A DNA stretch of 64,000 nucleotides from the human T2T-CHM13v2.0 reference genome, Homo sapiens: NCBI RefSeq assembly GCF_009914755.1, contig NC_060933.1; one strand, 5' to 3'. Of this stretch, positions 16,414 through 29,549 are shown piece by piece. Under the pieces are notes generated by a model. That model worked only from the letters and a program-made list of their open reading frames with translations. It had not been told where the DNA came from and did no database searches. Position 1 is the stretch's first letter; each line of letters begins with the position of its first letter. Made by a program: the position numbers and the translations under genes.

Positions 16414-16837
16414 TGTTTCTCAGTGAGCAGGTCTATGCAAACCTACCTCCAAAGTCAGAGGAAGCTGAGAGGCCTAAGAAAGAGGCTGACAAATCCCATT
16501 TTTTAGAATCAAACATTTCGCAGGGATTTAGGAACAGAAGCCATGTCTGTGTCTCAAGCAGTGTTGAGATAAGATACTGGATCCCCATGCCATTGTCCCT
16601 CAGACCTAGGGCTTATATAACATAGGGAAGTGGTGACTCAGAAGGCATGTGTAGGACAACTGCAGTACAATAATATCAAGGTTAATTTGACCTAAGGGCA
16701 GGATTTATGGTAAGCACCTGCTCTTACATAAGAAACAATAGATGAACTGAAAATCGTAGCAGCTTCCCAGAGCAGGAATTAATCAGAAGTCAACATGTTG
16801 AATTAGCATCCACAGTGGAGCTGCCTTGGCCTGCACA
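16414..16837 (-). mobile_element. ERV solo LTR (MER93-like)
   Basis: TG...CA ends. Its minus strand carries TTCCCTATGTTATATAAGCCCT..GGATCCA..GGCTTCTGTTC, the same LTR family as 55236-55373. Confidence 0.7.
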
Positions 16838-17083
16838 TCATCTTTGCAAGAGAGCTATTCTTGTATTGACTTCATGATCTCTTGTTTTGCCTTCAAGCTT
16901 CCTTAAAATCCATGGTTTTTGTCATTTAAAAAAACAAGCAGGGTAAGGAGTTATGGAGGAAAGGTGGAGAAATGTTATTTTAGATAGCAGTCAGAAAAAG
17001 CTTGTGCGAGGGGAGATACTTCAGCAGTAATCATAATGAAATGAGGGAACAAGACATGCAGATGACTAATAAGAGCACTCCAC

Positions 17084-17403
17084 CTCTGGGCACAGTAGCT
17101 CATGCCTGTAATACCAGCACTTTGGGAGGGCGAGGTGGGCCAATCACCTGAGGTCAGGAGTTCGAGGCCAGCCCTACCAACATGCTGAAACCCTGTCTCT
17201 ACTAAAAATACAAAATTTAGCTGAGCATGGTGGCACATGCCTGTAATCCCAACGTCTCGAGAGGCTGAGGCCAGATAATCTCTTGAACCTGAGAGACAGA
17301 GGTTGCAGTGAGACAAGATCATGGCACTGCACTCCAGCCTGGGCAGCACAGTGAGACTTCATCTCAAAAAAATAATAATAAAGATAAATAAAAATAAAAA
17401 TAA
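17084..17403 (+). mobile_element. Alu, full length (AluSx-like)
   Basis: Dimer with TCACCTGAGGTCAGGAGTTCGAG. Perfect TSD AATAAGAGCACTCCA at 17068-17082 and 17404-17418. Confidence 0.97.
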
Positions 17404-17847
17404 AATAAGAGCACTCCAGATTAATTCCAGCAAAGGCAATGGAATTAATGTCAGAAAGTTTATGGGAAGTTTGAAAAGCAGTAAAAAAGTTAATAAAATT
17501 CATTATGGTCAATGAAGTAGACAATGGTAAAATGATGCCATAAAGAACACTACGGACAAGATAACAGGGAAATTTAACACCATGTTGAGAACTTTGGATT
17601 TCATCTGTGTAGGATGGGATGCCATCTGAGTGCACTGAAAGGGGATGTTTCATGATAAGAAATACATTTTAAAAGGATCATTCTAGCCACTAGACATTGA
17701 ACAGATTTTTAGTAGGTATTGAATAATTGAGGACCTGAAAGACCCTGGTAAGGAGTTTGACATTTAATATAAATGTGACTGAAAGCCATTTGAGTGATAT
17801 AAATAAAGTATGAAATGATCAAGTGTATGACTTTCAGGGATGTTTTA

Positions 17848-18397
<550 letters not shown>

Positions 18398-18609
18398 TTA
18401 CGAATTAATTTGCTGAGACAGGGAAGCTTGGAGGAGAAATGCTTGTACACATGGGGAATCAAGTATTCTTTGGACATGCTGAGTTTGAGATGCGCTTAAG
18501 CTTTCAAATTGGAATGTGGATTTAGAAGTTGGATATATGAATGTGGGGTTCAGTAGAGGGTATATTCTCAGGATTAAAAGTATGGAGTCATCAGAAAGAA
18601 ATAGATAAT

Positions 18610-18985
18610 GTGGTGTGAGATTTTTCAGTCCTCTGCTTTTCAGGTATTTGCTAAGATGGCATTTCTTAGCTCTCTGTGGTTATGTGGAGCCTTGAAAATA
18701 GCTATGAGAGGAAGCTATTTTAGGCTGGACCATTTAACTTCAGTTCAGTATGAGAACTTCAAGATATCTTTTTGTTGTTGTTCCTGTGGTTGTCTCCTGA
18801 CAGTTCTCCAGATGGTGGCTGCTCCATCTGTCTGGGTCCCAGATTAAGGACAACTTATAGCATAACTCCCAGCTGACTCACAATGATATAGCATGAGTGA
18901 GAAATCGACCTTGCCATCTTGGTTTCCTGAAATACGGGAGTTATTTGTTATTGCATCATAGCCTAGCCCATCCTGAAAAATACCA
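18610..18985 (+). mobile_element. Old MaLR LTR (MLT1-type)
   Basis: CTCCATCTGTCTGGGTCCCAG..CCCAGCTGAC..GCATGAGTGAGAAAT..TTGTTATTGCATCATAGCCTAGCC..CCTGA. Confidence 0.7.
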
Positions 18986-19708
18986 GAAATAAATAACGCT
19001 GTAGGACTGAGTGAGATCACCCAAGGAGTGAATATGGAAAGAAGAAAGAAGAATTCCAAGGATTGAGCCATGGCATACTCTGACAGTCACTAATCAGAAA
19101 ATGAAGAGGATGAAGATTAGGCAAAGGGACAGATTATGAATCATTTATTTATTTTCTAAAACACCATTATTACCGTTATTATTTATTTTTTGTTTCAAAA
19201 TTGATAACAATTTAATAAAAGCACTTTTCCCCGGACAGCGGAAGAAAACACTTGTTTAAAAACCAAGTAGAACCAATTATAGCACGCATTTGTCTGTATA
19301 ACTAAAAGAGTATTTCTGTATCAAAATAAGTCGAGTGTAAAGCCTATTTACTTTCAGTTTATACAGATTCCTCTAAAACAATTTTGACTACTGAGGCTGA
19401 TGTATCCACAAGATGAAGCCTAAGTCATAAAATCTGCTTAACTTCATCATTTCTTCAATATATTTGAAGTTGTGGTAAAACTTTATGGCAAATTTTAGTA
19501 TGTAGCATAGTCTAGTATATCATAGTCCAGTAACATTTAATAGCATATACCAGGTTTTTGACTGAATTTCCTATTTTACTCATTGCAGGGTCATTTTGAT
19601 TTCCTTAATTTAATTATATATCTCTGAACTTCAGTTCTACATAAACTGAATCATTTGGAGCAACAGGTATTTGTTGCCCAGGTGATAGCCTGAAGAAAGA
19701 CAAATTGG

Positions 19709-19709
<1 letters not shown>

Positions 19710-19740
<31 letters not shown>
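19710..19740. repeat. (CA)n microsatellite
   Basis: About 15 perfect units. Confidence 0.97.
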
Positions 19741-19742
<2 letters not shown>

Positions 19743-20739
19743 CCCGTAACTATTTAAACTCTATAATATACACTGAGCAATGTGCACACTTGGTTAATAT
19801 AATTTCATTGTGTGATACATGATAGGCAAAAATGCTGGTCCCATGTGGATTCATGACAAAATATAGCTGCCTCCGTGGCCGCCTTCCCTTGTTAGGTTCT
19901 GAAAAGCTTTACAACAAATGTGAAAATGCCATATTTCCATCAGTGACAGGTATCAGCTTCATTTATAAATGTATATTTTGAAACTATTTTACAGCTCTTC
20001 TTCCTATGCAAGAAAGTTTATTTCAAGGCTGTCATAATTTGATCTTTTTGAAGACAATTTAATTTACACATATGAATCCAAATTCCTATTAAGAAATTAA
20101 CTGCCTGTCATAATACTAATGAAAATAACCCTCCTAAGGTGGCCACTGATGAACACATGAACATCTTTAACAAGGGTAAGCACACACAGACAGATGGTGA
20201 CAATTGTGTCAAGGGTGTACTCCTTCCCAGCAAGGTGTAAGTTTTCTTTGGATGTTGATTTTAAAACCAACCCCAATTTCAAAAACATTGAAATATTTTT
20301 AATGAATAAAACTTTTGATTGTTTGAATATTCCCCATCATCTCTCTCGTCTCATTGCTAAAATGGTTTCTGGTTTTCTTTGGTTTCCTTTTCTCTGACCC
20401 CACCCATATGGGATAAACCAGCTATTGCCAGCTTAATTTGGGGGGTTTTGTGATGCTAAGTCATAAAGAGGGAAGGGTCGAAGAGCAAAGTGAAAGGGTG
20501 GAAGGAGAGGTGTACAAAGCCTAGGGACAAGAACTGGTGTGGTTGGAGGGGGATTGGTAACAGAAGAGTAATCAGCAGGTGTGAGTAAAAACTAGGTGAG
20601 ATGAAAGAAGAATGACTAAATGTCAGGAATTGGATCTCCTTTCTAGACTTTTAGAAGTACAAGTGAAAAATGGAGTTCATTTTGACCTGTTTGGACATTG
20701 TCTCTTTAAAGAAAACTGAACTAGGCTGTTTATTTTTTC

Positions 20740-21200
20740 AATCATTTATTCACTCAACAATTTTTTATTGAGCTCCTACTATATGCCAAGCATTTTCTTT
20801 GGTTCAAGGAATATGGTAGTAAACGAAACAGCCTGGTTTTCAAGGAGCTTATGTGTAGGAAAGCATTAATTAAACAAATGAATTAGTAAAGCATATGGTA
20901 GAAAGTGATACATTGGCTAAAAAAAAAGGCAAATCAGAAAAGACAGATAGGGAGTCTTAAGAACCTTCCAGGGAGAAGGTACAAGGTGAAGGTCTTGAAT
21001 TAGTTGAACCCTTTCCTGTTCCAGGATGAACAAAGGTCTATGTGGATGAGTTAAGTGAGATGGGAGGGAATTCAAAAGAGAGATTAAAGCAGCAACAGGG
21101 TCCAGGTCTTCCAGGTCCTCTTGGGTCATTGAGAAGGGCAGCTTTTGCTAAGAATGAGATAAGACTTTGGAATGTTTGGAGGTTTGCATGTGAAAGGGTC
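20740..21200 (-). mobile_element. L2 3' fragment
   Basis: ATTCACTCAACAA..TTATTGAGCTCCTACTATATGCCAAGCA..CAAGGAGCTTA. Confidence 0.7.
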
Positions 21201-22950
21201 AAAGAAACATTGTTTTATTTACATCAAGATGCTGTTCATTGTTCTATGTGAGGCCACCAACTTAAATGTTAGATTCCAAAATATTTTCAAATTCAGTTGT
21301 AAATTGAAGTTTGATAGATAGAGCCATTTCATTAAAAAACACAGATATGATATTGTTTCTGGGAAATTACCTTCAGAAACTATAAAATGCTATTAAAGCA
21401 ATAGTTTAATAAAAATAAATATCTAGGACACTTTGTAAAGACAACTTGGTTCTTAGCAGGTTCAAAGTAAACGATACCTATTATTGCTATCATCAAAGTT
21501 TCTCTTGATGTGAGAGCTGACTCATAGTACTAAGATATCAATTACACAAAAATATAAGATTAATGATGTTTTATGTGATGATAATTTCCTTTATGAAATA
21601 CTTTTTCTTGGTGAGCTTTAAAGGAAGCATTTGCACTGTTGTAATAATATCTCCCCTCTATCATAAATTGTTCTTTAGCAGACATACAGCATGCTGGAGG
21701 GCAAAAACAAGAATTAAATGGAAACTATTAAGAGTAATGTCTAGGACAAACTGAAATAGATTGCATTTTCCATTAAACTAGGATTTGTGGTGAGAGAGTA
21801 AAACACTACTCAGAATTTAATGTTGGAAGTTCAGAAGGATAACCTAAGTCTAACCCAGAAAAGAAAAGGATAGGGGAAAGTTTGAAATGTTAACAATCTG
21901 AAGGGCTGTAAATGTTATTGACAAAAATGTCATTCTTTTCTTTTTTGCTTGGAAACTTTGGTTCCGACTTTCCTTCTTCCGGCTTTCACTCTATGAAGCA
22001 ACAGAGAGAAACTCAGCCTTGGGGAACTAAGCCAAAGCACCAGCTTGGCAAAATGGCTACAGATAATCAGAATTAAATAAGAAAGCTACTGAATAATGTT
22101 CTCTGGAGGCCAATAGGTCTAGTCAATATAAGGCACTGGGATATTGGGCAGAAGACAACCATGTCTTTCCAACTATAATATTTACAGTCGCTGCAGACTT
22201 GTAAAGAAGATGCTCCAAATATAGTACCCAAGTATGTGCTTGGTGTCATTTCAAGGTAGATAGGATAGGAATGGATATCTATCTTATTCAAGCAATTTTC
22301 CAAGAAGCTAGGCCAAAGTTGATAGAAAGTTGTTGCAGAAGAGGAGAATTCTTACAACATGTCTGTACATTACTGGCTCCTGGTAGAAAGACGTTGCATT
22401 CAGAGTCTTAAATAGATCTGAATTCCAGTGAAGTCACTTATTAGAAGTGTGACCTTGTGCCAAATCTCTGCCTGCTGTATTTCATCAGTTAAAGAGAGCA
22501 ATACTTATATAATGGGATTAAATATAATAATACAGTGTATGGTATACAGCATGTATTCAATGTAGTTTAAGTATTGTTAGTCTCGGTGAGTTGGCAATCA
22601 ATGAAAATTGGATACTCAGAATATCTTAATGTTCACAACTATCAACCTTTCATACTCAAATCATTGAAACATTGTATTAATGTCAACAATAAATCTATAA
22701 ATTTCACTCTCCCCATTCCAGGAAATATACAAATTAAACCATCTTTTAAGTAACAATTCATTTTGGTGGCAGCCTTTTTTTGGGGGAGGTATTAATTTTC
22801 TCTACCTTGGAGGAAGGTAAAAGAAATAAAATATAAAAAGAATACTTAAGGATGTGATTGCATCCCTTGTCAACTTTTACTTTCCTCTTCTCAAAATGAT
22901 CATTTCTATACTTATCTTAAGCATCAACAAGTGAGCCAATTTAAGTCTGA

Positions 22951-23100
22951 GCCTCCCTCTCCTCCTTCTCTTCCTCTCTCTCCACCTTCTCCTTCTCCCT
23001 TTTCCTCTCCCTACCTCTTCCTCTCTCTCTCTGTGTGTGTCTTGCTCTTGCTCTTACTCTCGCTCACTCCCACTCCCATTCGCTCCCTCTCCCTCTCTCA
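22951..23100. repeat. CT-rich polypyrimidine low-complexity tract
   Basis: About 150 bp that is almost entirely C/T on the + strand. Confidence 0.85.
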
Positions 23101-25002
23101 GTATACAAGGTCATTAATTGCTATTGGGACCTTCATAAACCCTAGTCTGCCGAGGGGGTGAGAACTCTATTGTTAAATGTATTATGGCAGGACTGTCTTT
23201 GGAGATTGCCTGCTTGATTGCTTTGTAAAGGCCCAATGGCACACAGCAATTAAAATCCATAGACCTCTATAACCTTTCTGATGTTTTATGGGCCTTTTTG
23301 TGTCCTTCGGTAGAGTATACCATTTGTGTATTTCCCACTGGGTCTGTCTTTCAAAACTGTAAGTGGGATTTTTTTTTTTTAATCCACTGTGATAAAGCTA
23401 GTTATACATCATGTGAAAGGTTAATGAATATTTTCAAAAGGAGCATATGTTTTAAGTCAGAGGGTGAAAGTTATAGTAAAGAATGGTAATATAAAAACGA
23501 ATACTATTTTTCTAATCTCCTCAGAGTTAATTTCTATATACCTCACCAATACCTGTGATTCCTAAAGTAAAGCATAGCTTGTAAGATTTAAATGACCTCA
23601 AAAATTAAGGAAGTGACTTGAATTTACTTGAAAAGCCCACTCTGAACTACTGCACGTGATACAATTCAACTGTCAGGCTTATGCCATATGCAGAACTGAT
23701 ACAGCTACTTATTTATTATTTCATTGGAATTATAAGTTTTATCTGAGTAGAAGGCTTTGCAAACAAAGATTCCTAGTTGTTGGCCAGATGTGAGAAATTT
23801 GATATTATAATACTGGGAGAAGACCAGGAAAACAACCTCCATAGCAGTGTTAAGGACAGTAGCACAGCTGAGTGTAAGCCAGGGTTGTAAAAAGTCTGCC
23901 CGTTTCAGATATCTTCTCCTTTCAGCACCACTATCATCAGCAGACCTGACCCTGACAATAAAGTCATTAGGCAATTCGTGATGCCTTTAGTCATTTGACA
24001 TTGTAATTGCTTTCTTTCCCTGAATACCTTTTTCCCTTTTCCCCCGTTTTCACTCTTCTTTACTTCCCCGTGCTCCTTCTCACATACTCAAAGGGCATTT
24101 AGAAATCTTCATTGGAAAAATGATTTGTACAATTTAAAAGTAAATTGTTCAGTGCCTGGAGCTCTTTGACGGAACAGCGTTATTGAACTTCAGAAAGAGA
24201 ACACTGAGCTTCAGATTGTGCTCTGCATGAAGCCCACATATTCTACAACTTTGCAAACTCTTCGGTGTAAATGGTAGATCTGAGAAGAGGACAAGTCTCA
24301 TCTTACGAATTTTCTAAATCTACTTATGGACACATATTGCAGTATGCAGTTTAAATATTATGTTTTTAATTTCTAAATATTATTGCTCTGTAAATTACAT
24401 CAAGTTTCAACTGCTCAAGAAGTAAATAATTCATCCTAGTTATGAATACTTTCTAGAGCTGTATTTTCCAAAGTGTAGTCATGCTCTTCATGGATCTAGA
24501 TGATCATTTAAAAGATAGATTCCTATTCTACTTTCTGAAATTGGAGTATTTGAGGATATTCATTGAAAGCAATCTTTTCACATGGCCCTTAAGGACATGA
24601 AAGTGTGGAAAATCTTCTAGAGCTTAAAGTTCCCAGTAGCTTTTGTTCAACAAGGAGTTGATCCTGAAAATACACATTCCAGGCACTATGTAGCTGTTTT
24701 ACAAATGATTACTCTTTTAAAATTCTCAATATTCTTGCAAAGTAAGTCTCATTACTTTTCATTTATAGATTACCGTTAGTGTTCCTTGGTTTTCAAAAAT
24801 ATTTTTTGAGTACCTACTGCCCTCTGGGTACTGGAAAATTTACAAATAAGACAGTTCTTATTGTTGAGTGGCTGTCAGTTTAAAAGTGATCTGAAGAAAA
24901 GTAGACAGATTATATTGTCTACTAATTTTTCACATTGTCATTTTCAATGACCCTGAAATAAATAATTAAACCTATATCTATATATTTAAAATTTTTATAT
25001 TT

Positions 25003-25290
25003 CTAGAGATAGAGTCTTGCTTTGTCACCCAGACTGAAGTACAGTGGTACAATCATAGCTCAGTGCAGCCTTGAACTCTTGGGCTCACGTGATCCTTCCA
25101 CCTCAGCCTCCCAAGTAGCTGGGGCTATAGGTGTGGCACACCACCCCTGTCTACCTTTTTGTTTTTCATTTTTTTGTAAAGATGAGTTATCACTATGTTG
25201 CCCAGGGTCCTCTCAAACTACTGGTCTCAAGCCATCCTCTTGCCTTGGCCTTCCAGGATGCTAAGGATTACAGTGTAAGCTGCCATGTTA
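25003..25290 (-). mobile_element. Alu (AluJ), diverged
   Basis: GAGTCTTGC..ACAATCATAGCTCAGTGCAGCCTTGAACTC..GGATTACAG. Confidence 0.92.
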
Positions 25291-25446
25291 ATATATTTGA
25301 CATATTTCTCCATTCCTTGAAAACTCTATGCTATGACAATAGTCTTTTTAGTTATATTAATAATCTCTAAACACGTTAACCTATTTCTTTTATATAAAAT
25401 ATGTCAATAAAATATTTAGATATATCTTTGAATGTTAGAATTTTAC

Positions 25447-25890
25447 TGTAGTGAATTTCCATAATTTTATGTTGCCTCAGCATCTATTTTGAATATAAGT
25501 TGGACTTTCTCATGCCAGAAACAAGGCTTAGTCATCCTTGACATAGTTTCCAGCTTTCTGCCTCCTCCTAGTTCCTCAATGTGTCCATCCAGATATCTTC
25601 CCTAAACACCCACCTCCTGATGGCCACCTCCCTATGGGACAGCTAGATGCAACCCACTTGATTCACCCCGCCCACCCAAACATGGATAACATGACTTCCT
25701 GGGACTCATGCCTGTTTGCTCTAAACCCACCAATTAGAACTGCCCTATGGAAACCTGCAAGGATGACACCATGGACTTCAATAAAGGCTTTGGCTCACAG
25801 GTCTCTCTCTTTCTGTTTGTCTTGTTCCCCATTGGCTGATTGAGTGCATGTGTCCCCGATGGCTACCCCTTTTTCTTTGACCCTGTAACA
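25447..25890 (+). mobile_element. ERV solo LTR (family uncertain)
   Basis: TGTAGTGAA start, CCAAT near 25730, AATAAA near 25780, ends CTGTAACA. Confidence 0.7.
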
Positions 25891-26652
25891 CATTCAGTAG
25901 CGACAGTAAATGCGCGATATGTATGCTGCTAAGGCTTCTTTCCTATCTCACTGCAAATCACTGCACTTATTAATACATGATGAGGTTGACTTGACCTCAA
26001 AATACCCATCAACTCAGGTAGTCATTACCAATAAACCAGAACTGGTAATGTAGATGAAACTAAACGTTAGCTTTTTCAAGCACCATTAGTAATGTAGATT
26101 TGATCTGTGTTGCTATGATCCAAGTCTACTCTAGTTTCAGTTTTTTAATCAGAAAACCAACTTGTTCATTTACACTTGGGTGTTTTTCTAGTATGCACGA
26201 AATGCCAATGCTTGTTATCCCAGGCTTCTCAAATGTTAGGTACCAGGAAAATCAAATGTATAATCAGATTCTATTTTACAAGTTTGGACATGGAACAAAG
26301 ACAATAAGACAGTTTTAAAATATCTATGGTATATCCCAAGGAATTCTCCATTTTGAATATTTTATATTCTTCAAAGGGTAAATATATTTAAGGACACTAA
26401 ATCAATTTTTGCCTTTGTGTATGTGGAATTAAAACTGCATTAGGCTCAAGTGACTTTTCAAAATTTAATTACACCATACCTTTCCTGTTTGTATCTTCCT
26501 TATGCCATTGACAGGCATCATTTCATCAGTTTTTATTATTCATTATATTTTCCATATTTATGGACATTTTTATTATGTAAGTATCAGTTTGGATTCTTTC
26601 AAAAATATATAGAGAAACATTCAAATAATAAATAAACTCTTTCAAAACATAT

Positions 26653-26960
26653 GGCTGGGCACAATGTCTCATGCCTGTAATCCCAGCACCTTCGGAGGCC
26701 AAGGCAGGGATATCTCTTGAGGTCAGGAGTTCAAGACTAGCCTGGCCAATATGGTGAAACCTCGTCTCTACCAAAAATACAAAAATTAGCCAAGCGTGGT
26801 GGCACGCACTTGTAGTATCAACTACTTAGGAGGCTGAGGCAGGAGAATCGCTTGAACTCTGGAGTCGGAGGTTGCAGTGAGCCGTTATCACACCACTGCA
26901 CTCTAGCCTGTGCAGCAGAGGGAGTCTCTGTCTCAAAAAAGACAAAAACAAAAAAACAAA
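26653..26960 (+). mobile_element. Alu, full length (AluSx-like)
   Basis: Complete dimer with A-rich tail. Imperfect TSD CAAAA(C)ATATG. Confidence 0.96.
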
Positions 26961-27299
26961 ATATGTTATGGATGGGTTTTTTCTGGAAATCTATCAATTG
27001 TGGATGTGTATAAGCTTCAATTCTGATGGCTGTCCTTCCCAGACTTGATGGTTTTGTTACTTTCCTGTAAATTACAGAACCTAATTCACTGTGAATTATG
27101 TTGTCCTCTATCCACTAGTCATACATTCAAGATAAGATCTTTTATTTAAGGCCCAGGTATTATTTTAAGTGAGTTAAATCTCACTATACAAATGATGTAC
27201 TCTTTATCTTATACAAAACTGTGTTAGAAACATAAAATAAGTAGGGAAAACTGCCGTGTTCATTTGAAGATGATAGTATACAATCGATATCAAAACTAG

Positions 27300-27879
27300 A
27301 TAAGAACAATACAACAAAATAAAAATTTTAGACCAATTCCACTTTTGCATAAAATGATCAACACCTAAATGAATAAAACACAGATTATCCTCCAATAATG
27401 TGTATAAAGCTCATCATAATGCATCATAATAAAAGCAACAAATGCATCATAGTAAAAGTTGATCTCATGAATGTGATTAATATAAGTTCACCAATATAAT
27501 TCACCCAAATCACGAATTAAATGAAATAAATAAATAAACTTAAGACATGTAGACAAAGCATAAGAATTAACAATTTTTTTTATTTCTAAAACTATCTTAG
27601 CAAACTAGAAATAGGCTGGAACTCCCTTATAAGCAAAAAGTACATCTTAACATAAAAAACCTACAGAAAATGTTAATGTATGAGGCTCTAGAACAATACC
27701 ATTAAAATCATTCACACACAAGGCTGCCTGCTATTAACTATTTAGTATTTAGCATCACATTGGAAATCCTAGCCAGTTTAGCAATGCCAAAAATAGACAA
27801 ATAAATAAATAACTTACAGGAATAAGATTAGGGAAAAAAGCATAAAAGCTGGTTATCATGTGCAAAGGATAAAATTGCG
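27300..27879 (+). mobile_element. Old L1M ORF2 fragment (left flank of Hsmar1)
   Basis: CTTAGCAAACTAGAAATAG, AAGGCTGCCTGCTATT and TGGAAATCCTAGCCAG are L1 ORF2-like. Confidence 0.65.
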
Positions 27880-29293
27880 TTAGGTTCATGCAAACGTAAT
27901 TGCAGTTTTTGTATTGTTGAAATTTGCTGTTTGATATTGAAATGCATTCTTAGATAAATGTGGTTATCTTAATGTGCATTTCTTGCTTTATGTTTTTTGC
28001 TAATGACTTATTAGTTGCCGTTTATTTTATATTTATTTTAGACTATGGAAATGATGTTAGACAAAAAAGCAAATTCGAATGATTTTCTTACTCCATTTCA
28101 AAATGGGTCATAAAGCAGTGGAAACAACCCACCACATCAAGGAATTTGTCCCAGGAACTGCTTACAGTTCCGTGGTGGTTCAAGAAGTGTTGCAAAGGAG
28201 AGGAGAGCCTTGAAGATGAGGCGCTAGCAGGCCACCACTGGAAGTTGATAACTATCAATTAAGAGCAATCATCAAAGCTGATCCTCTCACAACGACGTGA
28301 GAAGTTGCCAAAGAACTCAATGTCAACCATTGTAACCTAGATGAAACTAAACATTAGCTTTTTCTGAGCTCCATTAGTAATATAGATTTGATTCATGTTA
28401 CTATGATCCAAGTCCACGCCAGTTTTCATTGTAAATTTTATATACACATACAAAATTGTGTATATTTATAGAATTCAGTAAGATTGCCGGATATACACAA
28501 TGGTCGTTTGGCATATGAAGCAAATTGGAAAGGTTGAAAACTTGATAAGTGGGTGCCTCATGAGCTGAGCAAAAAATTTAAAAAATCATTTAAGTGTTAT
28601 CTTATTCTATGCAACAACAGTGAACCATTTTTCAATTGAATTGTGACATGCGATGAAAAGTGGATTTTACACAACAATCAGCAACGACCACCTCAGTGGT
28701 TGGATTGAGAACAAGCTCCAATGCACTTCCCAAAGCCAAACTTGAACCAAAAAAAGTTATGGTCACTGTTTGTTGGTCTGCTGCCAGTCAGATCCACTAC
28801 ATCTTTCTGAGTCCCAGCGAAACCATTACATCTGGGAAGTATGCTCAGGAAATCAATGAGATGCACCAAAAACTGCAAAACCTGCAGCTGGCATTGGTCA
28901 ATAGAAAGGGCCCAATTCTCCTCCATGACAAAACCCGACTGCATGTCGCACAACCAACACTTCAAAAATTGAACTTATTGGGCTACAAAGTTTTGTCCCA
29001 CACGTCATACTCACCTGACATCTTGCCAACCGACTACCACTTCTTCAAGGATCTCGACAATTTTTTGCAGGGAAAACACTTCTACAACCAGCAGGGTGCA
29101 AAAAATGTTTTCCAAGAGTTTCTCAAATCCCGAAGCATGGATTTTTACAATACAGGAATAAACTTATTTATCAGTGTCAAAAATGTGTTGATTGCAATGG
29201 TTCCTGTTTTGATTAATAAAGATGTGTTTCAGTCTAGTTATAATGATTTAAAATTCGTGGTCTGAAACCACAATTGCTTTTGCACCAACCTAA
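27880..29293 (+). mobile_element. Hsmar1 mariner DNA transposon, full length, decayed
   Basis: Left TIR TTAGGTTCATGCAAACGTAATTGCAGTTTT and right TIR AAACCACAATTGCTTTTGCACCAACCTAA followed by TA. The internal sequence matches the Hsmar1 5'UTR and transposase. Confidence 0.96.
28045..29216 (+). pseudogene. Hsmar1 transposase pseudogene (DD34D)
   Basis: MEMMLDKK start, WVPHEL, VTCDEKW, KKVMVT, LLHD and YSPD..PTDY motifs. Several frameshifts and stops, plus a ~166-bp insertion at 28335-28500. ORF 28660-29265 covers the catalytic C-terminal half. Confidence 0.95.
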
Positions 29294-29309
29294 TATGTAT
29301 GTGGAGAGA

Positions 29310-29545
29310 TTGTATATAAACACACAAAATTATGTGCATATATGGATATATATATATATCTCTCTCAAGAAGATTGCTGGACACACACATGCATGTGTGT
29401 ATGCACATACACTATATCTATAGCTGTATCTGTACCTATCTATCTATACTTATATCTATGGCTATGTCTACATCTAAATCTATATATAAAATCACCATGT
29501 ATATGTTTGTGTATACATATACTTTCTTATATATCATAAATCTTT
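29310..29545. repeat. TA/CA-rich low-complexity purine-pyrimidine tract
   Basis: Mosaic of TATA, CACA and TATCTA units. Confidence 0.75.
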
Positions 29546-29549
29546 ACTA

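Noticed and set aside
25975-26140. Possible C/D snoRNA (ATGATGA followed by a short hairpin) near the duplicated 90-mer
   Set aside because: No correctly placed CTGA D box or terminal stem.
28660-29265. 201-aa ORF as an active transposase or SETMAR exon
   Set aside because: The N-terminal half is frameshifted and interrupted, both TIRs are present and there is no SET exon nearby. It is an ordinary decayed Hsmar1.
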